A DNA stretch of 32,000 nucleotides, from contig JAFPZF010000029.1 in the NCBI GenBank assembly GCA_017417385.1, positions 43,953 to 75,952 of the forward strand, read 5' to 3'. Below, one piece after another: positions 22,099 through 30,008 of this stretch. The first letter of the stretch is position 1. Each line of letters begins with the position of its first letter. Origin of the DNA: Bacteroidales bacterium (GTDB lineage Bacteria > Bacteroidota > Bacteroidia > Bacteroidales > Marinilabiliaceae). Made by a program: the position numbers and the translations under genes. The notes beneath the pieces are model-generated. The model was not told the DNA's origin and searched no databases. It saw only the letters and a program-made list of their open reading frames with translations.

Positions 22099-24486
22099 AT
22101 GTATACCTATATGATAGAGGGAAGAGGGAGGGGGCACGTTTCGCATGTCCCCTTTCTTGTTTTCACACTTGTCATGTTGTTCGTGGCGGGAGTCGAGGAC
22201 ATTGTCGGCGAGGAGATAGTCCAGCAGAACGTCGTAATAGATGAGTTGCGCGAGATGGAGGGTCATCATATGACCCAGATGCTCCAGGAGGCAGACGGGA
22301 CGTTGTGGGTGTCGACATGGGACGGGCTTTATAGTTACGATGGGTATGACTTCGAGTGTCATAAGAGCCAGCCTGGCAATGGGGTACCGATGCATAGTGA
22401 CAGGGCGCGGAACATGCGTCCTGGTCAGGACTGCATATACGTTCTGCTAGACTCTACGGTGTTCAGTTTTGACCCAGTGACATATAGGTTCAGCGAGCCG
22501 ACAGACGAGGTCCAGGACTCAGTCAAGCATCAGTTTGCGACGACACGAGGAGCGACACGGATGTATCATGGAGAGGTTGACGGGATAGCCTTGCCGAGGG
22601 AGAAGATGAGGGTGCTGAGGGACATAGACGGGGATCTATATGCGCTGAGTAACGACCTCCTCATAAGGATAATAAAGGAGAACGTCCCGTGGGAGATAGA
22701 GCTACCGAGTGCGCCAGTCAGAAGCATCGTAGAACTGACGGACGGGAAAGTCGCCGTCGGCACACAGGAAGGAATGACGATAGGCGGCGAGAGGGTGAAG
22801 GCCGTCGGAAATCGTAGTGTCTATTCCATAGCTGAGATGCCGGACGGGAGTCTATGGGTCGGAGGCAAGCCGGAGGGGCTGATGCACATCGGGACAGACG
22901 GAAAGGTATTGGACGAGATAGAAGTTGACGGCGGGATATACGAGATAATACTAGTTGGCGAAGACAGTGCGCTCGTGTCGACAGGGCAGTACGGACTACT
23001 GTTATTGAGGAGAGAAGGAGGGAAGTGGGCCTTAGGGCCTGTGGAAGGATATCCGACGGAAACGAACCAGAGGTCGCGGGGGCTGATGGTCGAGGGAGAC
23101 ACGATAGTCGTCTCGACGACAGAAGGTATAGTCTGTGGAAAGTTGCGAGGCGACAGGATAGAGGGAGTCGTCGTACACAGGCGGGAGGCCGACAGGGAGT
23201 CGAGCCTGAGTGCAGATGCGACGATGAACACGATGGTCGATGGTGACAGCATAATCGTATGTACGGAGAGCCACGGATTTGACAGGATAAGCAGAACAGA
23301 CCTATTGAGAGCCGGAAGCGATTTTGCGCATTACAGCACGGAGGATGGACTGACGAGCGACATACTCCTCTCGGGTGCAGTGATACGAGGAAGCAAGCTG
23401 ATAGTCGGGAAGACGCAACTAATGCTCCTGAGTAGAGGTGAGCAGATGAGGACATATTGGGTTGACAGCTACTACTTTACAGATGCTCGGCCCATAGTCT
23501 GCAAAGATGGGACGTGTCTGATAGGGACGAGCGTAGGGCTCGCGCGGTTGGACTGGTCTAAGATGAAGGTCGAGGCGAGGATGCCGCGGCTGAAATGGAA
23601 GAAGATAGTCGTCTCGGACGGTCGGAAGTTCCAGGTCCCGGACACCATAGAGAGACTCGTCCTCGGTCCGGAGGGGAGGACCGTGAGGATAGACTTTGCG
23701 GCGATAAACCTGAAGTCGTCGCGACGGACGAGGTATGAGTATGCGATAGAGCGCGACGGAGACAAGCGAGGATGGACCGAGGTCTGCGGTCGGAGCGTCA
23801 TGATAGCAGACATGGAGCCAGGGGAGTACAGCCTAAAGGTGCGCTCGACCGACAGTCAGGGGCGATGGAGGGACAACGTCAGGACGATGCACATATCCGT
23901 GCCACCGGTCTTCATGGAGACGACGTTGGCGAAGGCGTTGATAATGATGGCAGTCCTCGCCTTGATACTAGTGGCGCTCGGGACGATACGGCACGTCCTA
24001 AGGATGAACAGGCAGCACAAGGAGCTGCTCGACGCATACCTCTCTATGCTTGACAGGGCGAAGGGAGAGGAGAATAAGGAAGGAGACAGCAGCGAGGGGA
24101 ACGACAAGACTACTGGGAATGCGGAGACAGAGGAGACCGCTGAGCCGCAGAAGAGAGTGACAGACGACCCGACGATGAGGAGGATAATGGCGTTCATAGA
24201 GCAGCACATAGGAGACTCAGAGGTCAGGATGAGCGACATGGCGGAGGCGGCTGCGACGAGCCTGAGTGGGCTGAGCCGGAAGACGCGTAGCATGGTCGGA
24301 CTGACGCCGGCGGAGTTGTTGAAGTCGGCGAGGCTGAAGAGAGCAGGGGACATGCTGCGGGAGAGCAGTGCGCCGGTCGCGGACATAGCCTTAGACTGTG
24401 GATTTACCGATGCGAAGTATTTCAGCAAGTGCTTCAAGCAGAGTTTTGGCAAGACACCGACGGAATGGAGGGAGGAAGACCGTTAA
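22099..24486 (+). CDS. Membrane-anchored sensor/regulator: HTCS-type periplasmic beta-propeller + Y_Y_Y domain, TM helix, AraC-type HTH; no histidine kinase or receiver domain
   Basis: 795 aa. N-terminal TM. Propeller-like repeats (LWVSTWDGLYSYDG, SLWVGG). Y_Y_Y-like YEYAIERDGDKRGW...GEYSLKVRSTDSQGRW. TM helix LAKALIMMAVLALILVALGTI. C-terminal AraC HTH GFTDAKYFSKCFKQSFGKTPTEWR. Only about 60 aa separate the TM helix from the HTH. Confidence 0.8.
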   Translation: MYTYMIEGRGRGHVSHVPFLVFTLVMLFVAGVEDIVGEEIVQQNVVIDELREMEGHHMTQMLQEADGTLWVSTWDGLYSYDGYDFECHKSQPGNGVPMHSDRARNMRPGQDCIYVLLDSTVFSFDPVTYRFSEPTDEVQDSVKHQFATTRGATRMYHGEVDGIALPREKMRVLRDIDGDLYALSNDLLIRIIKENVPWEIELPSAPVRSIVELTDGKVAVGTQEGMTIGGERVKAVGNRSVYSIAEMPDGSLWVGGKPEGLMHIGTDGKVLDEIEVDGGIYEIILVGEDSALVSTGQYGLLLLRREGGKWALGPVEGYPTETNQRSRGLMVEGDTIVVSTTEGIVCGKLRGDRIEGVVVHRREADRESSLSADATMNTMVDGDSIIVCTESHGFDRISRTDLLRAGSDFAHYSTEDGLTSDILLSGAVIRGSKLIVGKTQLMLLSRGEQMRTYWVDSYYFTDARPIVCKDGTCLIGTSVGLARLDWSKMKVEARMPRLKWKKIVVSDGRKFQVPDTIERLVLGPEGRTVRIDFAAINLKSSRRTRYEYAIERDGDKRGWTEVCGRSVMIADMEPGEYSLKVRSTDSQGRWRDNVRTMHISVPPVFMETTLAKALIMMAVLALILVALGTIRHVLRMNRQHKELLDAYLSMLDRAKGEENKEGDSSEGNDKTTGNAETEETAEPQKRVTDDPTMRRIMAFIEQHIGDSEVRMSDMAEAAATSLSGLSRKTRSMVGLTPAELLKSARLKRAGDMLRESSAPVADIALDCGFTDAKYFSKCFKQSFGKTPTEWREEDR

Positions 24487-24651
24487 TAGACTTTGAAAAG
24501 TCAGAATAAAGGCAGAAATAATGATATTTAATTATTTTTTGCATTGTATTAAAACGGTGATAATGTGGGAGTTGTGAGTGTGGGAGGGAGAAAAGTAAAG
24601 TAGTGCGGAAGAAATTGTCGGGTAAGGAGTTTTCGCAAATAAAACAGTTAC

Positions 24652-24659
24652 TATATTTG
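24652..24659 (+). promoter_or_regulatory. Candidate -7 promoter box (TATATTTG) for the acidic-protein/GldB-like gene pair
   Basis: TAnnTTTG match 86 nt upstream of the ATG at 24745. A TTTC element lies about 21 nt upstream of the box. Confidence 0.4.
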
Positions 24660-24744
24660 CTTTCAAAATGAGGCGAAAGAGGAAGCGACGGGATAGTCTG
24701 CGGGTTCCCCGAACGCTGAATCGAAGATAATAATACGAAGATTT

Positions 24745-25092
24745 ATGGTTAAACAGAAACCAAGAGTAATCAAGAGCTACGAAAAGATAGACGAGAAGCT
24801 TCGTGAGGCCATTGCGGAGCGTTATCCGTTGGGTTATACGTCTGAGATACAGATGTATGATGTAGGTGGTGGAAAGTTCATGGCGGCTCTACCGTTTGAG
24901 ACCGACGACTACTATTACCTGATCAAGTTCCCGATATCGGAGGACCACATGGAGGATCTTGAGGATTCAGTTGGAGGGGAAGACGATCTTGACCTTGAGG
25001 GAGGAGAGGACGTAGAAGAGGAAGAGGAAGCAGATGAGGTCGAGAAGCCGACGGACAATTTTGACGACATCGACATAGCAGATGAGCCATAG
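24745..25092 (+). CDS. Small hypothetical protein with highly acidic C-terminal tail
   Basis: 115-aa ORF. The N-terminal half looks globular (YPLGYTSEIQMYDVGGGKFMAALPFETDDYYYLIKF). The C-terminal 45 aa are D/E-rich. I recognise no family. Confidence 0.55.
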   Translation: MVKQKPRVIKSYEKIDEKLREAIAERYPLGYTSEIQMYDVGGGKFMAALPFETDDYYYLIKFPISEDHMEDLEDSVGGEDDLDLEGGEDVEEEEEADEVEKPTDNFDDIDIADEP

Positions 25093-26140
25093 GCGAGAAG
25101 AGAACATAGGGGTAGGCTTGCGGAGCGCGACCTACCCTTTTCTTTTAGGGTGTTTGTTCGTTCTGAGCATCCTGATGGCTGGATGCACAGGTACGGGATT
25201 TAAGCATCCGGACATCGCTGGCTGCAGGCAGGAGCTGAAGGTGCGGCCGTTCTACAAAGACTTCATGGAGAGTGGTGAGGGAGACATGACGAAGCTCTCG
25301 GCGCAGTTGACAGAGAAGTATGGGGAGTATTTCAGGGATTATTGTCGGTACGAGATAAAAGTCGGGGAGCCTGGGACCCCGGAGTTCGTGGCAAATGCTC
25401 AACGTTTCCTTTCGTATGACGAGAATGGGGAGGTCCTGGCGGCGTGTGACAGCGTCTGGGGGAAGCTAGACATAGACGACGAGTTGAGTGATGCTTTCTC
25501 TTGTTTTGCATCTTTGTTTCCGAGTCAGCCGGTGCCGAAGGAGGTAAACTGCCACTTCTCGGGGTTCAACAGCAAGATGTTTGTAGACTCTGCATATATA
25601 TCGTTCAGCATCGAGCATTTTCTGGGTCAGGATTGTCGGTTTTACGACTGGCTCGAGCTGCCGAGGTATGCGAGGGTGACGAGGACTCCGGAGTTCATCG
25701 TCCCGAACCTTGTCGAGGCGTGGGTGGTGTCGACGATGCCACAGGTCAGTGAGAAGGACGACGTGTTCTCCGCCCTGATGTATAGGGGAAAAGTATTGTA
25801 TGCCACACATGCGTGTCTGCCGGACATAGAGTTGACGCGACTCTTCGGGTATAGCGAAGCACAGGTCGAGTGGTGTGAGCGGAATGAAGGTCGGATGTGG
25901 GCTTATATGGCGGAGCACAAGCTATTGTTCAGTACGAACCAGATGGACAAGTCGAAACTAGTCAATGAGACGCCGTTCACAGTGTTCTTTGGGAATGAGT
26001 CTCCTGGCAGGGCTGCGACATACGTAGCATATCGGATAGTATGCTCCTACATGCAAAATGCAGAGGGAGTCAGCGTCGAAGAGCTCATGAAAGAGCGCGA
26101 CGACCAGAAAATTTTACGGTTGGCGAAATATAACCCGTAA
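25082..26140 (+). CDS. GldB-like gliding-motility-associated lipoprotein family protein
   Basis: Lipobox LMAGC. The C-terminal half (GYSEAQVEWCERNEGRMWAYM...FGNESPGRAATYVAYRIVCSYMQN...LAKYNP) resembles the Flavobacterium GldB sequence as I recall it. The start overlaps the upstream ORF by 11 nt. Confidence 0.6.
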   Translation: MSHRREENIGVGLRSATYPFLLGCLFVLSILMAGCTGTGFKHPDIAGCRQELKVRPFYKDFMESGEGDMTKLSAQLTEKYGEYFRDYCRYEIKVGEPGTPEFVANAQRFLSYDENGEVLAACDSVWGKLDIDDELSDAFSCFASLFPSQPVPKEVNCHFSGFNSKMFVDSAYISFSIEHFLGQDCRFYDWLELPRYARVTRTPEFIVPNLVEAWVVSTMPQVSEKDDVFSALMYRGKVLYATHACLPDIELTRLFGYSEAQVEWCERNEGRMWAYMAEHKLLFSTNQMDKSKLVNETPFTVFFGNESPGRAATYVAYRIVCSYMQNAEGVSVEELMKERDDQKILRLAKYNP

Positions 26141-26147
26141 ACTTTAT

Positions 26148-26155
26148 TACTTTTG
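26148..26155 (+). promoter_or_regulatory. Candidate -7 promoter box (TACTTTTG) for prs
   Basis: TAnnTTTG match ending 25 nt before the prs ATG at 26181. Confidence 0.4.
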
Positions 26156-26180
26156 CAAAAGATAAAAGGCGAAATATAGC

Positions 26181-27125
26181 ATGCAACCTCAATCATCTGT
26201 CAAAATCTTCGCAGGCACAGCTACAAAGTATCTTGCCGAGAAGATAGCCGCGGCCTATGGACAGGATCTCGGCAAAGTCAACAAGTTGTTATTCTCTGAC
26301 GGGGAGTATACGACGATGTATAATGAGACCATCCGCGGGTCGCACGTATTCTTGATACAGAGCACGTTCCAGCCAGCGGACAACCTGTTTGAGCTGCTGA
26401 TGATGATCGATGCGGCGAAGCGCGCATCGGCGGCGAGTATCAATGCGGTCATACCATACTTCGGATATGCCCGTCAGGATCGCAAGGATCAGCCACGTGT
26501 CGCAATAGGCGCGAAGCTCGTAGCCGACTTGTTGGCAGCGGTAGGAGTAGATCGTGTCATCACGATGGACTTGCATGCCGACCAGATACAGGGATTCTTC
26601 AACATACCGGTCGACCACCTGTATAGTTCGACAATCTTCGTCCCGTACATTCAGGCGTTGGGCTTGGAGGACATGGTTATGGCATCGCCTGATGCAGGAG
26701 GAGCCAAGCGAGCAAACAGCTATGCGAAGTTCTTTGACGTCCCGATGGTCATCTGCCACAAGCATCGTCCGCGTCCTAACGTCGTAGGCGAGATGAGGAT
26801 CATAGGCGACGTGAAGGACAAGAACGTCATCTTGCTTGACGACATGATAGACACGGCAGGTACACTGTCAGCGGCAGCGGACAAGATGATGGAGCAGGGA
26901 GCAAAGAGCGTCAGGGCGTTTGCATCACACGGCGTCCTTTCAGGACCGGCGTTCGACAACATCGAGAAATCGTCAATCGAGGAGGTCGTCATAACGGACT
27001 CCATACCGCTCAAGCAGCAGAGTCACAAGATCAAGGTTCTCTCGATAGCGGAGATGTTTGCAGAGACCATTGCTTGTGTCTACAACAACGAGACGATAGC
27101 AAAGCACTTCCTGTTCAGGAAGTAG
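26181..27125 (+). CDS. prs: Ribose-phosphate pyrophosphokinase
   Basis: 314 aa. FSDGE, YFGYARQDRK, the PRPP-binding loop VILLDDMIDTAGT and overall Prs length. Confidence 0.95.
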   Translation: MQPQSSVKIFAGTATKYLAEKIAAAYGQDLGKVNKLLFSDGEYTTMYNETIRGSHVFLIQSTFQPADNLFELLMMIDAAKRASAASINAVIPYFGYARQDRKDQPRVAIGAKLVADLLAAVGVDRVITMDLHADQIQGFFNIPVDHLYSSTIFVPYIQALGLEDMVMASPDAGGAKRANSYAKFFDVPMVICHKHRPRPNVVGEMRIIGDVKDKNVILLDDMIDTAGTLSAAADKMMEQGAKSVRAFASHGVLSGPAFDNIEKSSIEEVVITDSIPLKQQSHKIKVLSIAEMFAETIACVYNNETIAKHFLFRK

Positions 27126-27148
27126 GTCTGACAAGAGCTATAGACAAC

Positions 27149-27181
27149 GAGGGGGCGAAACGCACGACGTTTCGCCCCCTC
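27149..27181. terminator. Strong hairpin between convergent prs and EamA genes (candidate bidirectional terminator)
   Basis: Perfect 14-bp stem gagggggcgaaacg (27149-27162) / cgtttcgccccctc (27168-27181) with a 5-nt loop. The flanking U/A tracts are weak. Confidence 0.65.
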
Positions 27182-27198
27182 GACTATTATTCAGTTCT

Positions 27199-27258
27199 CG
27201 TTCAAAAGGCGTTCAAAAGGCGTTTAGGAACGTATTCAGAAAGCCGTTCAGAGGAAAA
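27199..27258. repeat. Degenerate tandem repeat, about 11-bp period (CGTTCAAAAGG family), between the terminator hairpin and the EamA stop
   Basis: Units cgttcaaaagg, cgttcaaaagg, cgtttaggaa, cgtattcagaaagc and cgttcagaggaaaa, read directly. The core resembles the 19731-19797 array. Confidence 0.65.
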
Positions 27259-28140
27259 TCATTTCTTGATGACAGTCAGAGCCACGGCAAAGAGGACGAG
27301 GAGGATGCCCAGCCAGTTCGACAGGTTGAGATGACCGTCGAAGAAGAGGAGAGAGATGCCGAGGGCCGTGAGAGGCTCGAGGGCGCCAATGATGCTGGCG
27401 GGAGTAGATCCGATAGTGTGGATGCTGCGGGTCACCATGACGAGGGAGAGTATAGTCGGGAAAATAGCGAGGCCGGCGGCGTTGAGGTAGTCGCTGGGGA
27501 CGCGAAGAGGGGACAGACCACCCTCGATAGCGAGGACGGCGGAGAAGAGGATAGTCCCGCTGATGAGAGTATAGAAAGTCAGCGTCATAGTGTGCATACT
27601 CTTGAGGCTGCTCCTGTTGACCCCGACGATGTAGATAGCGTAGGTCAGGGAGCTGAGGAGGACCAGCACGACGCCAATAGGGTCGAGGGTCTTGCCATCA
27701 GTCTCGTAGAGAAGGACGATGCCGATAGTCGCGAGGAGCAGAGCCGTCCAGGTGGCGGCACTCGCTTTCTCGCCGAAGAATTTCCACTGCATCAGGGCGA
27801 CAAAGAGAGGGTAGGTGAAGAGAATTGTCGAGGCGATGCCGGCGTCGATGTAGACGAAGCTGGCGAAGAGCAGGAGAGAGGAGAGCGCGAAGAAGATGCC
27901 CATCAGTGCAGCCTGCCAAGTCTCGCGACGGCTCATTATAAGTCTCTCGCCTTTCAGCCACACGATGAAGCTCATGATGACGGCAGCCATGATATAGCGG
28001 TAGAAGACCACCTCAGTCGGCGAGTAGTTGTGGGCGTAGAGAGGAAGGGCGAAAAGCGGGTTGAGACCATAGGAGACAGAGCCGAGAATGGCGAGGACGT
28101 AGCCGCCTGTGTTTGAATTGTAGTTTATTTTAGTGTTCAT
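27259..28140 (-). CDS. EamA/DMT-superfamily transporter
   Basis: About 10 hydrophobic helices and duplicated EamA-like halves. I prefer the ATG at 28140 (MNTKINYNS...) because it forms an ATGA overlap with the upstream U32 stop. The ORF-track start is 28173. Confidence 0.85.
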   Translation of the reverse strand: MNTKINYNSNTGGYVLAILGSVSYGLNPLFALPLYAHNYSPTEVVFYRYIMAAVIMSFIVWLKGERLIMSRRETWQAALMGIFFALSSLLLFASFVYIDAGIASTILFTYPLFVALMQWKFFGEKASAATWTALLLATIGIVLLYETDGKTLDPIGVVLVLLSSLTYAIYIVGVNRSSLKSMHTMTLTFYTLISGTILFSAVLAIEGGLSPLRVPSDYLNAAGLAIFPTILSLVMVTRSIHTIGSTPASIIGALEPLTALGISLLFFDGHLNLSNWLGILLVLFAVALTVIKK

Positions 28141-30008
28141 TGTTTGAATACCCGCATCACGCAGGCTTTGCAATCAGTCTTAATTAAGAATGTGTTATTG
28201 TCAGAAGTGATGTGTAGGGGGAGCAGAGATGCGTTCTTAGGATTGGTCTTGATACAGCGACCCAGCGAGTGAAGGATGCAGTGCCTTGTGGTCATGACGA
28301 CAGCCCCGCTCGGCACTTTCTTCTTGCTCTCGAAAGCCATTTGAGAGACCTCGGCGCCATGACTTTCGTAGAATGCCTTGGCCTCGGCGTTGAGAATGTT
28401 GGCTTCTTGAACGAGTACGCCTTCTGCGGGAAAACGTACGTCGCCTTCAACCATTCGGGTGTAGGGTAGGGGGCGATGAGCTTCGATTCTTTTTGCAAGA
28501 TGCTCGGCGAGAGCGGTTCGTCGTATCCCGTTGCATACAGACTGAGGGATGAACAGTTCGCCGACCTCGTCAGCTACGCTCATGTCTCGGAGGCGGAAGA
28601 TAGTGTCGCCAGTCTTGTTCATTGCGTTGCGCAATGCTTGTTCGCCTGCGCCTGCGTTACGAGCCTTCTCACATTCAATGTGCGTCGTGGTCTGCGAAGA
28701 TATGCCCTCGATGTCTTTGATGCTGACAGTCAAGTCGTTGCCTACTATCGTTGCGCAGATGTCGATATCGACAAGTCGTCGAGTTGAGTCGTTTTTCAGC
28801 AGAGCCTCGAACTTAGTGTCGAGATTTCGGAATATCATGTCGCCGACGTGCAGGCCTGCGATGCTCTGGCAGGAGACGTGCTGGACCTTACCCTTGTCAG
28901 TCGCAGTGTTGACCCTCATGCCGCCCGTGCGTCCGTCAGTAGATATATAGACGAGGCCGTCGCCATTGGCAATCTTGACAGACGTGGCAATGTCAGCCTC
29001 GTTACCCTTGCAGGATGTTGCCTTGCCTATCGGCTCGCCAATCGACTTGGGAGTCAGCGGCTGCCAGATGTCATTCTGCCTCCCGTGGGCGAAGTAGTCA
29101 GTGAACCCACGGTTGAAACTCTTGCGGACGTCTGGAGAAAACGACGGTATCACCTCGCCGACAGACAGCCTTCGTAGTTCAGGTTTCCTTGCTATTATCT
29201 GGTCCAGAAGTTGCCTATAGTGCATCGTGACGTTGGAAACGTAGGCAGCGTCCTTGAGTCGACCCTCAATCTTGAAAGATGACACACCGACATCAATCAG
29301 AGCCTCAATGTTCTGCGTCTGGTTGTTGTCCTTAAGCGACAGGACATGACGCCTCTTGCATAGGGACGAGCCGTCCGCCGCCGTCACGTCGTAGGCCATT
29401 CTGCACGGCTGAGCACATTCGCCTCTGTTGGCAGAACGGCCGCCAATGGCGTAGCTCATGTAGCATTGACCGCTGAAGCTGACGCAGAGGGCGCCGTGGA
29501 TGAATGCCTCAAGCCTGACGTTGCTCTGCTTAGCAATCTCAGCTATCTCGCTTATCGACAGTTCTCTCGCCAAGACCACCTGTGCGAGCCCCATCTTCTC
29601 CCAGAAGAGTACCTTCTCAGCCGTCCTGTTGTCGCACTGAGTGCTGGCGTGAAGTTCGATAGGAGGCATATCGCCGCACATAAGTGCAGTATCCTGAACA
29701 ATCAAGGCATCAGCCCCAGCCTCATAGAGTTGCCAAGCCATGTGCCTAGCCTCCTCGACTTCGCTGTCCCTCAGTATCGTGTTGAGAGCGACGTGGAGGC
29801 GGCAGCCATAGGCGTGGGCATAGTCGGCGACGCCCTTGATGTCGTCGAGGCTGCAAGATGCCGCTTTGCGAGCTCCGAACTGAGGAGCTCCCATGTATAT
29901 CGCGTCAGCGCCGTGGTCTATGGCAGCCCTGGCACATTCCGCATCTCGTGCAGGGGCCAGAAGCTCGAGCACAGTTCGTGGTTTCGTATGACTCTTCTTT
30001 TCGTCCAC
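28137..30008 (-). CDS. Peptidase U32 family protein (long YdcP/RlhA-like form)
   Basis: 623 aa. LELLAPA...GADAIY, the U32 core EAFIHGALCVSFSGQCYMS and the Cys-rich NRGECAQPCR motif. The GTG start at 30008 shares one nucleotide with the upstream TAG stop. Confidence 0.9.
   Translation of the reverse strand: MDEKKSHTKPRTVLELLAPARDAECARAAIDHGADAIYMGAPQFGARKAASCSLDDIKGVADYAHAYGCRLHVALNTILRDSEVEEARHMAWQLYEAGADALIVQDTALMCGDMPPIELHASTQCDNRTAEKVLFWEKMGLAQVVLARELSISEIAEIAKQSNVRLEAFIHGALCVSFSGQCYMSYAIGGRSANRGECAQPCRMAYDVTAADGSSLCKRRHVLSLKDNNQTQNIEALIDVGVSSFKIEGRLKDAAYVSNVTMHYRQLLDQIIARKPELRRLSVGEVIPSFSPDVRKSFNRGFTDYFAHGRQNDIWQPLTPKSIGEPIGKATSCKGNEADIATSVKIANGDGLVYISTDGRTGGMRVNTATDKGKVQHVSCQSIAGLHVGDMIFRNLDTKFEALLKNDSTRRLVDIDICATIVGNDLTVSIKDIEGISSQTTTHIECEKARNAGAGEQALRNAMNKTGDTIFRLRDMSVADEVGELFIPQSVCNGIRRTALAEHLAKRIEAHRPLPYTRMVEGDVRFPAEGVLVQEANILNAEAKAFYESHGAEVSQMAFESKKKVPSGAVVMTTRHCILHSLGRCIKTNPKNASLLPLHITSDNNTFLIKTDCKACVMRVFKQ

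Noticed and set aside
22718-23455. 245-aa and 143-aa antisense ORFs inside the sensor/AraC regulator gene
   Set aside because: S/R/P/L-rich low-complexity translations with no motifs, nested in a CDS that has clear domain signatures.
27331-28116. 261-aa ORF antisense to the EamA transporter
   Set aside because: An extremely D/E/G-rich translation mirrors the hydrophobic codons of the transporter. No start context or family resemblance.
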